Positions 9,033 to 22,503 of a DNA stretch of 64,000 nt are shown in pieces (position 1 is the stretch's first letter; every line of letters begins with the position of its first letter). Below the pieces are notes generated by a model that was not told the origin of the DNA, searched no databases, and saw only the letters and a list, made by a program, of their open reading frames with translations. Origin of the DNA: Vicugna vicugna (taxonomy: Eukaryota); NCBI GenBank assembly GCA_013265495.1, contig MU058257.1:441418-505417 (forward strand), in the 5' to 3' direction. Made by a program: the position numbers and the translations under genes.

Positions 9033-11550
9033 AGAAATGAAAGAGGAATTACAACCAATACCACAGAAATGCAAAAAACCCTAAGAAAATGCTGTGAACT
9101 AGAAGCATAAAGCACACCAAAACTCAGTCAAGAAGAAATACATAACCTGAACAGATGATCACCAGAAGTGAAACAGAATCCGTAATTTAAAAAACTCCCT
9201 GCAAACCAAAGTCGAGGACCAGATGGCTTCCACTGGGGAATTCTATCAAACATACAAAAGAAGAGTTCAAACCAACCCTTCACAAACTCTTCCAAAAGAC
9301 TAAAGGGGGGGAATACAGCTCAGTGGTAGAGCTCATGCCTCGCATGCACGAGGTCCTGGGTTCAATCTCCACTACTGCCATTACATAAATAACCTAATTA
9401 CCTTCCCCCACTAAAAATAAAAGACTAAAGAAGAGGGAACACTCTCAAACTCATTCTGTGAAGCCACCATCACCCTGACACCAAAACCAAAGACACTACT
9501 AAAAAAGAAAATTACAGGCCAATATCACTGATGAACACAGATGCAAAAGTCCTCAACAAAATATTAGCATACAGAATCCAACAGCACATAAAAAAAGATC
9601 ATACACCATCATCAAGTCAGATTCACACAAGGATGGTTCAAACAACAGACACAATCAACGTGATACCACATCAATGAGGGAATGGACAAAAATCACGATC
9701 ATCTCAACAGATGCCAAAAAAAAGGCATTTGATAAAATGCAACATCCATTCATGATAAACAAAACAAAAAAACAAAACAAAAAACTCTTTTACCAAAGTG
9801 GGTATAGAGGGAACATAGCTCAACATAATAAAAGCTATTTAGGACAAACCCACAGCCAGCATAGTACTCAACAAAATGACCATACTACCCACCCAAGACA
9901 ACTACAGATTTCATGCAATCCCTATCAAATTACCCAGGACGTTTTTCTCAGAACTAGAACAAATCCTAAAATTTATATGGAATCACAAAACAGCAAGAAG
10001 TACCGAAGTAGTACTGAGGAAAGGGAACGGAGCAGGAGACATACTACAGAGCTACGGTAACCCATATCACGTGGTACTGGCACAAAAACAGAGGTACAAT
10101 CAATGGAACAGAACAGAGAGCTCAGAAGTAAATTCACATACCTACGGTCAAGTAATCTTCCACAAAGGAGGCAAGTGCACACGATGGAGTAAAGAGTCTC
10201 TTCGGCAAGTGGTGCTGGGAAAGCTGGGCAGGCACGTGTAAATCAATTAAGTTGGACACTCAAACTACACACAATAACAAACTCAAAATGGATTAAAGAC
10301 AAACATAGAACAAGGTACCATAGATCTCCTGTAAAAGAACATAGGCAGAACATTCTCTGACATAAAGCAATGTTTTCTTAGGTCAGTCTCCCAAGGCAAT
10401 AGAAATAAAAGGAAAAATAAATGGGACCAAATCAAATTTACAGCCTTTTTTGCACAGCAAAGGAAACCATAAACAAAAAAATAAAAAGACAACCTACGGG
10501 ATGGGAGAAAATGTTTGCAAATGATATGACTGACAAGGGCTTAATTTCTAGAATATACAAACAGCTCATACAGCTTAATAACAAATAAACAAACAAATAA
10601 CCCAATCCAAAATAGGCAGAAGAACTAAACAAGCATTTTTCCAATGAAGACATACAAATAGCCAATGGGCACATTTTAAAAAAATGCTTAATATCACTAA
10701 TTATCAGAAATGAAAATCAAAACTACAATGAGATATCATCCCACACCAAACAGAATGGCCATCATTAAAAAGTCCACAAATGATAAATGCTGATGAGGGT
10801 GTGAAAAAAAGGGAACCCTCCTACACTGCTGGTGGGAATGTAGTTTGGTGCAGCTACTGTGGAAAACACTATGGAGATTCCTCAAAAGACTGAAAATAGA
10901 CTTACCCTATGACCCAGCAACCCCACTCCTGGGCATATATCCAGAGAAAACTCTAACTTGAAAAGATACGTGCACCCCCAATATTCACAGTAGCACTATT
11001 TACAACAGCCAAGACATGGAAGCAACCTAAATGTCCATCAATAGATGACTGGAAAAAGAAGTGGTATATATACAATGGAATACTACTCAGCCATTAAAAA
11101 ATGTCATTTGCTGCAACATGGATGGACCTGGAAACTGTCATTCTAAGTGAAATAAGCCAGAAAGAGGGAAAAAAAAAACCACATATGACTCATTCAGAAT
11201 CCAAAAAAAATGACACCAATGAACTTCATTACAAAACAGAAACAGACTCACAGACATAGAAAACAAACTTACAGTTACCATAGTGAGGGACAGAGGGTGG
11301 GAAGGGATAAATTGGGAGTTTGAGATTTGCAGATACTAATTGCTATATATGAAATAGACAGCACATTTCTTCTGTAGAGCACAGGGAGCTAGATTCAATG
11401 TCTTGTAAGTAGCCTATGGTGAAAAAGAACATGCAGAGGAACGTATGTATGTACATGTAGGACTGAAACCTTGTGCTGTACAGCAGAAACTGACACAACA
11501 TTGTTACCTGACTATACTTCAAAAAAAAAACTTCAATAAAAAATAAATAT
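9033..11550 (+). mobile_element. LINE-1, 5'-truncated, internally deleted ORF2 remnant plus 3' UTR and A-tail
   Basis: ORF2-like peptides (IISTDAKKKAFDKMQHPFMI; YRFHAIPIKLPRTFFSELEQILKFIWNHK); L1 3' motifs 'ccctcctacactgctggtgggaatgt'; A-rich tail at ~11521. Confidence 0.92.
9305..9421 (+). mobile_element. tRNA-derived SINE (vic-1-like, camelid type) inserted in L1
   Basis: A box AGCTCAGTGG, B box GGTTCAATCTCC, tail 'aataacctaattacct', flanking direct repeat aaagactaaag. Confidence 0.85.
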
Positions 11551-14189
11551 AAATCAATTTTAAGAAAAGGAAATAGAGAAACAGAGATGATCCCTATATA
11601 ACTAGCATTTTGATACAAGGGGAACAACCTAGAAGAGGGGAGAATCTTTAACACAGGAAAAGGGGAGCCTGGCCTGTTTCAGTCGCCCCGACAGGGCGGC
11701 ACTGGAGATGTGGGCGGCAGGACTGACCTCGGGGGGCAGAGTGCACCCACGAGAACCACGGGAAGCCCGAGCGCCATCACTGCCCGCGCTGCCAGGAAGG
11801 CAGCAGGGGTCACTTGCAGAGACCTAGCCACCTGCTCAGCAAATACCGGTTAGCAGCCCGCCCTGGATGCCGCTGTGGGGATGCGCTGAGACGGCCACAC
11901 AGGTGCTGTTGAATCCGGGGGGGAGACAGGAGCAACAGCTACGCGGGACGCACGGCAGGCTGCGGGCCTGGGAGCCAAGCGGGGGCAGCACGGCTTCACA
12001 TGGCGGCTGGGGGGCCGGTTCGCTGCCCAATGTCACCCGTGGCACAGGGATAACCGAGGTCAGTAATGAACATTAATACAGGGTTACCAGTAGCTAAAGT
12101 CAGTGTGTCAATGCCTGCACGTTGAACTGGAGGCAGCTCTGTCTTCTACAAACTACGACAATCATGAATTAAATAATGGATTTAAACATTGGGAGCCGTT
12201 GTTTCTGCTAACAAAGCAGGCCATAACTACCTCTTGCTGAACATGCAGGTCTGTCTTAGAATTAGTCCTGAGACCATAAGCCCAGAGTAAGTGGAAGATA
12301 AATCAAGTAAAATTAAGTATCCCTAATAACCTTTTTCATGAAGTCTGTACCCTCGAAAAACTCATATAAGATCTTAATATAGTTACAGTCCCGTTAAGCC
12401 TTAGAGAGCGCAGAAGGAAATGAACAGAAGGATGGTCATCACCAGGGGACGTAACTGACATGTCTCATGCTTCACCCTTGCGTTTCGTATCCAGAAGGTT
12501 CCACTTTAGACAACGTATCACCCTCACAGTGGTGGAGGCTTAATGGGCTATTTAATCCTGATCTGATCCAGCCTGAAAACCTGCTCCCATGGTCACTAGG
12601 AGACCGCTCCCACCTCCAAGTGCTCAGGTGCGCCCTGGGATGGAAGGGCTGCCTCAGGAGCCCATGTTGTCCCCATGGCTCCAGGAACCCTGGGGGTGCT
12701 CAGTGTCTGAATTCCTGTGAGCACATCAGGTCACAGATCACTGGTCCTCAAGGACATGGGCAACAAAACCAGAGGCAGGTGACTGCACAAGCCCTAGTGA
12801 CAATAGAGGGGAAGAGCACTTCAATGCTGGCCACACGGATTTTTTCAGTGGTATGATGAACTATTCTTGTGGCCCAAGGTCTTATTCTGGGCAAGTTTAT
12901 CAAAGAAATTGATAAAATTATACTCTGCAAAAGAAAAAGAAAACTTTGTAAAATGTCAGGGAATCCCTGCAAAATATACCACTAATTGGCATTTGACATT
13001 GACCCAGTACTACATGCATGATACCTGACATTCTGCAAATTTTCATAAGAGTTTGAATGAAAAAAAAATTTACAATTATCTTTCGAGATTCCTTAATTTG
13101 GGGAAAGCATTTCATGGGAGGTCAAAATGTACTGTTGCTGGGAAAATAAAAATATTTTAGTGACATAGTTATAAACGGTTTCAATCAAAACTATTCATCA
13201 AATTGACAGTTTTAAACCTAAAATCATTCAAATGTCAGTGCTCCTACAGTCAAGCATGAGAAATTTCTGTACAATTCCTCCAACTTCCAAATTAAAATAT
13301 AAATTCAAAAACTTCACCATTTTTTGAGTCTGTTTTTAACATGTCAAGGAAAAATAAGACTTTGTTCCTATACTAGTTATAAAAAAATCTCATTACAAAA
13401 GCAAACTTCTAGGGTAGAAATATGTAATTCAGTTCACCGGGTTATGCCTGGGGCACCAGGTGGCGGTGGGCCGGACAGTGAATCAGGGAAACAAGTCATG
13501 AGCAAGAGCATTCTCCCGTGGACTGTTCCTTACAAACGGATAAAGATGAGGATACTCAGCTGAAAGACGATTTAGTCTCAGCTAGGAAATACACTTAAGC
13601 AGATATAAGTAAAAAGAATATCAGATACCAATCTCTAAAAATGGGAGGGGCACTACAAATGTGAGAGGCTGGCAGAGCTGGAACCTTCCCACAGCCCTCC
13701 CCCAAATCTCCGATGCGCGTTACGGGTTCCAGGACGGAACATATCTCTTTCAATAAACTTTATCCAAGTATTTTTTATGGATATATATACTTTCTACATA
13801 AATGAAGCCAAATGAAAATTAAAGTTTCATTATCAGAACAGTAACAATTCCCCATCTATATTTTAAGTAAAATGACACAATTTGCAGCTTCTAGTTAACA
13901 GTTTTAAGAAAACGTTCATAAAGAGTTAATTCTGCTTAATGCAAGGAAGAAACCCATCTCCTAGGACAGGGAAGAGGATTTACCCAAAATTATTTACACA
14001 GCCCTAGACAGTCTCTCCCCCGCCCCTCCTCCTCTTGTTTTTCCCTCTCTCACCCCTCTCCTTTTCTTTCAGCTTTTAGGGTGAAATCCTCACTGACCAG
14101 ACATTTTTTTAGTCAATCTCTTTAAGCTATAAAAATTTCATGCACATTGACTGAATAAAGGTATATCCATATAGAGCCAAAACACCCAA

Positions 14190-15328
14190 TGTGAGTATTT
14201 CAGGCATTTTTATTTAATAAATAACTTCAATAAACAGCATTGTAAAAAGTGAACTGTTAAAATTAAAAGGCACTTAAAAGAATGTGACTAGTAGGAAACC
14301 CAGGGGGAACTCCGTGAGCAGTGAATGCACGTGGTCTAGCGTTAGCGCGCTAACTCCAAGCACTGCATGAGTGATGGCTACTGCCTTCGCCACGGGACGA
14401 ATTCACGTGCTCGTTAAAAGGCAAATGTACAGCTAAACAACAACAAAAAAGAACTGATAAACAGAGTCCTACCCACAACTGCAAACAAACGCATGATTAG
14501 AAGAGGTGATAAAAAGCACCAGGCTTTAAACAAAATAAAATGAGTAAGATAAAATAAATTCACCCAAAGGTCCCCAATTCAGCAAATGCTGTGTAAATTA
14601 AGGCCTTTATGTAAATAATGCTAAATCAAGGACTTTTTTGCAGAAAATTTCCCAATACTTTTATCCAAGGCTTGAATTTAAAAAGAGAAGGCATAAAAGT
14701 TACCCAGAGCAAGTAACTCTTAAAATGGCACACAGGTTTTAAAGCTATGTTTTCCCTTCCTAACTCTGACTTTTCCCCATGGCCTTTGCAGACCTAAGAT
14801 TTCAAAATTATTTTACATCAGTAACTCTCAGCATCCTAATCTCTCAGATATGTCACCAGTCATGTCTAACAGGCAAATAGCAGGAGAGAAAATTTAAAAC
14901 AGTTCTTACCAGCTGGCAGGACATTAACTCTGGATTCTGTGTAACTGAAAACGGACATACCCGCAAAGCTAAAAATCAGGTTTAATGCGTGCTTAACAAA
15001 CCCTCATCAGACTCATCCCTTCAACCGCTGCCCCTCCAATCCCATCAGGAATCTCACTGAATCCAACAGAAGCTGGATCCCAGTCAGGAGGAGAGGTCAG
15101 AGAGGCACGAGACCTCAGCTCACAAGGACGCCCATTCCTGTCTCAAGTCTCTTGTCAGTCCCTGGCATTGATTGTAACATTATTTTCAAAATAATAAAAA
15201 AAATCTTCAAACTATACATATTATACATTTTCAGAATGTGCACCTGAGGGCGGCCCGGCGCGCTCCAAGCCCTCGCCGTGACCGCAGGGGCTGCGCTGCA
15301 CCCAGTGCTGTGGCTCACGAGACAGGGC
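14190..15328 (-). other. ITGB1: ITGB1 3' UTR with AATAAA (14209-14214) and seed matches for miR-124 (14267-14273), miR-29 (14515-14521) and miR-183 (14725-14731)
   Basis: Plus-strand tttatt, aaggcac, agcacca and atggcac at those positions; these miRNAs are reported ITGB1 regulators in other mammals. Confidence 0.8.
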
Positions 15329-15394
15329 TCACTTCCCCTCGTACTTGGGATTGACCACAGTTGTCACGGCGCTCTTATAAATAGGATTTTCACC
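15329..15394 (-). CDS. ITGB1: ITGB1 last coding exon (beta1A tail GENPIYKSAVTTVVNPKYEGK*)
   Basis: ttttag acceptor, both NPxY motifs, TGA at 15329-15331. Confidence 0.98.
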   Translation of the reverse strand, partial: GENPIYKSAVTTVVNPKYEGK

Positions 15395-18300
15395 CTAAAA
15401 AAAGGGAGAAAAAAGATCAGCCACTCTACTAAAGTCATGCAGTGTTATTTACAAACAACACGGAAAGCTACAACATTTTCAGAAGTTGCTTCCATTTTAT
15501 CTGCCCAGATATCACACTGTTTTTAAAAAGGCATTAATTAAATTTAGCACCAAAATTAAAAATGAAAGCTGTGCTCTCAAGTCTGAGGTGCCCCTGTCAC
15601 CAGGCATCATTTCTGAATCCCTTCCTCCACTGGCAGGTATGCAGTGACGGCTTCTCCCTTTTAAACTGGTTTTGAACGTATTACAAGGAAGAATTAACTC
15701 TCCTCTCATCAGCTGCCTGCCTCTCAACCCTTCACTGTGCACAGAGCAGCCTGACAGTTCCCAGGATGCCTGACTTCATCTCTGCGAGGAGGGTGATGAC
15801 ACTGCTGGGAGCTGGCTGAGGCTGTCGGTGCCACTCAGGGTAGTGCCTCCTGCCAGCCATCACGCTGCCTAATTTGCTTCAATAAAAATAATTATTCTTT
15901 ATGAAATAACTGTTATTTTTTGATATCGTATTGATGAAATGTTTTATTTTTACTGCAATACTATATTTTACTAAAGAGTACTGAACTCAAGCCCAGTAAA
16001 TGACTTCAAGCCATAAACACAAGCTCTTTCAAGATCCAAAATATACCAACAAGAAAATAACATACATCCCACACTCTTACTATGTTCTTAAGAAACTCCT
16101 TACGCTGAGTGGCACACTTCAGTGTCTGCTACAGCACTCCTATCCCCTGTACTAGGACGTCAGGTGAGAGATACAGCCAAATAATCCTACAGCAGAGGAA
16201 GTGACAGTACAAATCCGACAGAAACATAGAACATTAAGTTTTTAGGAAAAAAATTAAGATTCTGAAATGCTGTTTAGCTTTGTATCTTATTGTAGAACTA
16301 TCCGAAGTGATTTTTTAAAATATTTATAGAAAGCACCTCAACAACAATTTTTGCTTTTACACGTTATCTACACTCCATGTGAGATTCTGGTCGGGTCTGG
16401 CTTTAATTGCCACAATTTCTGCCTCCCAGGAGGGTACGGTCTGGTGGATGACAAAGATGAAAATAAATTAAAGCACTCTGACACAGTACAAAGTAGAATT
16501 ATGTACATAAAATGGGAACAGTGTAAGAACAAAAGGATTGACTTTGAGAAGATTAGGGATAGTTTCAAAGTGAAACTGACCGTAGATAAAACACTGAAAG
16601 GTAAATAGAAACATACAAAATCCAAGTTCACCTGCAGTGTTGGGGAAAGAATGGCACATTTCAGTAGAAACAGAGTTCGGATATTTCTGAGGGTGCCTTT
16701 GGGTGTTTTGAGGGGCAGGGAAGGGAGGAGTCAAGAAAGCAGACAGTGTCAGACTGACCATCTGATGTGCCACGCTGAGGAGACAATTCTCCTGCAGGCA
16801 GGAGATCACTTCGGCCCAGCACAGTACGTGGGGTGGGTCCCGAGAGACACCGTGTAACCACCCTGACTTCAGCTCAGCAGTTGGTCTGGACACCAAGTGA
16901 CAGTTGACAACGTGCCTTAGCCCCACCCTGCAAAACACCAACTGACCGGTCCTTTCTGAAACACACAGGAACTCAGAATCCCTCACAGATCAGCATTTTG
17001 TGATACGGGTGATAACAGTCGTACAGGGTATCAGGGTCTGAGCTCCGATCCCCACAGAAGCTAATACATGACCGTGAAGACACTTCGTACTGGAGGCAGG
17101 GATCTCGAGCAAAAACACTCCTGACAAGTCAGTCACATTACTTCCATCTTCCTATCTGTGTACGAGGCTAGGACTGCCCGTTCTTTCAAATACGCTGGGG
17201 AAATAAATTACCATTTACTTTTCTTTAAAATAATGCATTACATAAGCCTAATTTTAATACTTAAGATTATTTTAAGGGAGGTAACAACTACCACCAAAAA
17301 ATCCAGAAAACAAAAAAGAAAAGAAAAAACCACTAAAGTTACAGATAAATCCAAGACAGGATTTAAATGGCAGAACTTACCTTGGGAGAAAAGTCTGCCT
17401 TTTCATATATACAACATCTGTATTTATTATTTCAAAGTCCATCCAAACAGAAGTTGAACATGCAAGGTTAGAGGTAAGATTAAACTGTGTCGGGCATCAT
17501 CGTAACGGGGGTAAGCTAAAACGCAGATTAGTTACCATGGCTCAGAGTGCAGCCCTCCCGACCCTGACCAAAAGCAAGGCCTACTTAAATCAAGAGGACA
17601 GGGCATGCTGGGCAGTAAAGTCCTGGGCGCTCAGCAAAGTGCCACCCTGAGCTCCTTGTGGAAAGGCCGACAGTGGTGGCTGCCGCCCCATCTCTGGAAC
17701 GAACTGGAAGAACCCTGCACAACTGTGGGAGATTCACCTTATTCACATTCAAATCTGCTTAACAGCAGTGAGGGGCGACTTTTCAATCCACTTTAACAAT
17801 TATAAAGTTGATAATTTGATTTTTTTTTAAATGTACCTACATGAGAAATCTGATGTGCTGAAATAATTACAGTGTCTGCCTATTACCTGACATGTTAATG
17901 GAATAATTAATTGGTAAGCCTTGGTCCCATTTTGGACCAAGTGCTTTATAAGCCATGATTCGTTTTAATTTCTTAATGCTTATTTATTAATTTCTATTGT
18001 TTATTTCTACTTTATTTTTCTTGAGAAAACATCTCAGAATAAACCGTAGCCACTCATTTGCTTGGATTTCACTAATAAATATTTATCAAACTTTTGCTTC
18101 ATGAATTATTCAAAATGCTTATTTTGGCTGAAGAAGAAATATTTTAGCCAAAAATTGAGTTAACAATAAAAACACTGAGTCTCACTATTAATTTATCGAT
18201 AATTTCCTTCAAAGTACAAGTTAACATATAGCAAAGGTGAAAATTTCACCTTTCAACAGGAGAGAAATTTTTCTCATATAAGAAGTAACCATATGAAATT

Positions 18301-18811
18301 GTGAATGTCTGACTGTTTTTGACCTACCAAAAAAAAGACGGAAAAAAATCCTAGCAAATCTGATTCCTTCTGAAAATGATTTTCTGGAAAAGTATTAAGT
18401 GAGAAAGAAAAGAATTTATCAAGTCTCGTACTAACAAGAAAATATACCAGACTGCCCATGTATGAATCTGTAATTTTCTGCCATCAAATTTAACTTTGCC
18501 ATTTCAACAGTCTTAAAATCTGGTTAGAAGTAAAATAAAAGTCTGACAAGCAATGGTTTCTAATGTTATCAGTACTTCCTGTATCTCTTAAAAACATTAA
18601 ACCTTCCGTATTTTGAGACCGTATTTGTTACATGCGTCCAGCAGAATGAATAAGCAAACCTGCAGAGTTGGTGTCTAGGTGATATAGGGGGTTTCTCGTT
18701 TCTCTAATACTCCTGCGTAGGGCAAACATTTAACACTGTCACTGTTAAGTTACCAGAATCAAAAGCTTGTACCTTTCTATAAGGAGTGATCTACCTCCTT
18801 CTAACCAGGCG

Positions 18812-18830
18812 ACAGCGCCCCCTGCAGACG
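18812..18830 (-). promoter_or_regulatory. Candidate CTCF site
   Basis: Minus-strand TCTGCAGGGGGCGCTGT is close to the CTCF core; motif match only. Confidence 0.45.
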
Positions 18831-18844
18831 TGACCGCTGCCAGT

Positions 18845-18995
18845 ACGAGGCAGTGGTTAAGAACCCGGACCCCGGAGCCCAGCAGCTGGGTGAATCTCAG
18901 CTCTTCCACTAACTAGTCATGTGACCGTGATCAAGTCACCGAACCCTCCTGCACCTCAGTTTTCTCATATGTGAAATATGAATGAAAGTACCTGG
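18845..18995 (+). mobile_element. MIR SINE
   Basis: 'gcagtggttaaga...tgtgaccgtgatcaagtcac...cctcagttttctcatatgtgaaat'. Confidence 0.7.
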
Positions 18996-20022
18996 GAAGG
19001 GCAGCAGAGTCCAGGCTCACCAGTCAGGAGAACTGGTTCTAATCACAATCTTTGGATCAGAGAGTTTCAGGGGCTTACATAATTATATTAAAATATGCAG
19101 AAAGCATTTCATGAAAATTCAGTTATAAGGAGGAATCCTGTCCACTAATGATAAAAGAGAAAATGAAAAACCTGTCATCCAGGTAAAACAGACACCAGAA
19201 TCACTGACCCTAGCTCAGAGAAGAGGTAAACCAAGCTTTATCCCAACCATGACATTTTCAACTAAGTTTTTATTTAAAAGTGTAATGGGATTTTCTCTTT
19301 AAAGTCCTTGTTATCTTTCCAAAAAAGTTCAATGTTAGCTTTGAATATTAGAATTATTATTCAATAACTAACAAGAAAAATATAAATATATATGTAAGTA
19401 AAAGGTTCTGGTTTTTAATGGAATTTCAAGATACTATCAAGAACTAAAGATTTTCAGAATACTTCTAGACACACTAACAATGACGTTATAGTTACATATT
19501 ATACAGATGTTATGCCAGATGACATTCATTCTTCTATTTGGCCCTTAATTTCACTATTTCACCCTAAAACTTACATAACTTATTATACGAGGACAGCACC
19601 ACCACCTGAAGCATCAGACTCTGAGAGGAATGTGAGACTGCAATCCACTGGCTCAAAACCACCCCCATCCTCTGCAGTCTGATTACTGCCCCCTCTCCCC
19701 TGTCCGAGAGCCCCAGGCCCCAGCAGTGGAGGACCAGGGCCCTTCTAACCAGTGGAAGAGCTGGGACCCAACCCCTGGAGTCTGACCACAAGGCACACTG
19801 TCTTTTCACTACAACACAGCTGCTGCTTCCACACCATGAAGCGTAATTTAAAGCCCTTCTAAACACTAAATTCACACACAAAAACAAAAGCCATGATAGA
19901 GCCATATAAATAAAGCCAGACTTAAAAGCAAGAAAAGCAAGAGTGATGAAGGACACACAGTGCAGCAGAGAAGGACCCATCTCACATGCAGAGACAGGAC
20001 GGAGGAGAATACCGACGGCCAC

Positions 20023-20097
20023 TTAGAGACCAGCTTTACGTCCATAGTTTGGATTCTTGAAATTATTAATAGGACTCTTGTAAATCGGATTTTCTTG
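20023..20097 (-). CDS. ITGB1: ITGB1 beta1D alternative exon (QENPIYKSPINNFKNPNYGRKAGL*); whole exon 20017-20097, 81 nt
   Basis: Recognisable beta1D tail peptide; tttag acceptor at 20098-20099; TAA at 20023-20025; GT donor at 20016-20015. Confidence 0.95.
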   Translation of the reverse strand, partial: QENPIYKSPINNFKNPNYGRKAGL

Positions 20098-20399
20098 CTA
20101 AAGTAAAAGAAATAGTTTCTAATGATTTCATCAGAAAAAACCGACAATACATACCGTGTTTAAACACTATAAAAGAATTTTTACTATTTTAACACTTCTG
20201 AAACTCAATTTTTTTCAAAAACCCAAGCAAATTGTAGTAAAATACAAATGACTTAAGATTCATTTTCAATTTGAAATACTGAAGAGTGCCACTGCTTTCA
20301 TGTAGCAAGAGATGGGCACCCGGGGACTGTAACTCAAACCCAAGTGCTGGCACGAACTGTCAGCCATGCACATTTTCAAATGATTCTATAAAGCAAAGT

Positions 20400-20640
20400 T
20401 TACTGACTTTACATTTGCAGAGAGTAAAATATACCCTGCTTAACTGCAGAGTGCCATGAATTCTCACGTGCATGAACACACCCACAATGGAGATTGTCCC
20501 AAGACGCCCGCTGCCCTTCCCCTAGGTCCAGACCCTGGAAACCATGATCTCATTTCTGCCCTGAGAGTTCTGCCTTTTTCATACTGTCATATAAATGGAG
20601 TCAGTCTGCAGCCTTTTGAGTCTGGCTGCTTCCACCTCAG
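20400..20640 (-). mobile_element. Old L1M 3' fragment
   Basis: 'gttctgcctttttcatactgtcatataaatggagtc...cttttgagtctggctgctt' resembles an antisense L1M 3' end. Confidence 0.55.
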
Positions 20641-20805
20641 GTTCTTTGTTGAAAAGACAGAAGGCAGCATTCCACTGCACAGTCTGTTATACAGACACCA
20701 TTCAGGGTTCCACTCTTCATGAGAAGAGGCAGGAGGGCAGATTTAAGATCAAAGTAATTAATGAAATAAAAACATTGACCACAGTAACCAGAGGAAACAT
20801 TCTTA

Positions 20806-21357
<552 letters not shown>

Positions 21358-21782
21358 CTAAAAATCATGAAATATTTAGGCGTAAATCACAAACACTGAG
21401 GAAAGAACAAAGCTGGACAACGCCGCTACCAGCGACACCAAGGAGGCCGGCACAGCGCTGCCAGAGGCGGACGCACAGAGTAATGGGCGGAGCACGGGGA
21501 GAGGGCGGCCCGCGCACAAGGGCGCTGGGTTTGCATCAAAGGCGGGGAAAGCTCAGTCTTCTCAAGAAGCGGGGCTGGGCTGTAAGCAGAGCAGCGCGCG
21601 CCTCCCGCCTTGTCCCGAGACGGGCTCGACGTGGTTGCAGACCCAAGTGGGGAACTGGAAACTATAGAACTTCCAGAAGAAAACACAAGAGAAAAACCCT
21701 TAAGAACTTGAATCAGAGTTCTCACATAGTAGTAATAAAAGGAAGACTTGGTAAATTGTAGTCCATCAAAATTCAAGCGTCA

Positions 21783-21911
21783 GGGGAAGGAGGCCACAGC
21801 TCAGGGGTAGAGCAAGTGCTTAACAAGCATGCGGTCCTGGGTTCAAGCCCCAGGACCGCCATTTAAATAAATAAGGAAACCTAATTACCTCCTCCCTACC
21901 AGAAAAAAAAA
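21783..21911 (+). mobile_element. tRNA-derived SINE (vic-1-like) within an old L1 fragment (~21700-22150)
   Basis: AGCTCAGGGGTAGAGC, GGTTCAAGCCCC, tail 'aacctaattacctcc' plus A run. Confidence 0.8.
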
Positions 21912-22503
21912 ATTAAACTTCTGGTGTTCAGAAAACACTTAAGAAAATGAAAAGACAAGGAAGCACAGATGGGGAGAATTTGTAAAACACGTGTCTGAAA
22001 ATGCAAAACACAAGAGACTTTAAAAACCAGTCTGGCTGTGTCTCTTCTGATGTTGAACATATGCTTATCATATGGCTCCCAAATCCATTCCTAATATTTA
22101 TCCAAGAGAAATTAAACCTTATATTCCCATGAAAACCTGCACACAAATGTAGAAAATTCCAAAAAATATAAAGAGCACCTAAAAAAGCTTAAGATAAAAA
22201 TGTTTCAAAGTCAAGCTGTACGCTTTCCAAGCCTAGGTGAAGCTCAGGGATGAAGGCTGCTCACGGGGTGCCTGCCGTGGGCTTGGCGCTCGGGGCATGC
22301 ATGACCCAAGCCTGCCGACACTCCCCACGGGAACCTACAGCCTGCCTTCTCCTCCCCGTCCCTCCCACGTGGTTAATTAAATCCTACTTCATGCTCTGAG
22401 ATCACAGATGTCTCAGCCTGAGCCTGAAGCAGCACAGCTGTGCTGGGCCCCTGCCAGCAGCTGGAGCAGGAGGAAGACCCACAGAGAGCGTGAGCCCCCC
22501 CAC

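Noticed and set aside
9305..9380. tRNA gene (also at 21783 and 63652)
   Set aside because: A and B boxes are present, but the cloverleaf is degenerate and each copy has a shared non-tRNA tail and A-rich end (a clear TSD in one), i.e. SINE heads
18233..18253. 10-bp-arm palindrome aaaggtgaaa-a-tttcaccttt
   Set aside because: Short, AT-rich and plausible by chance, with no supporting context
15395..20016. beta1C-type alternative exon
   Set aside because: Human beta1C is Alu-derived, and no Alu or equivalent peptide was seen
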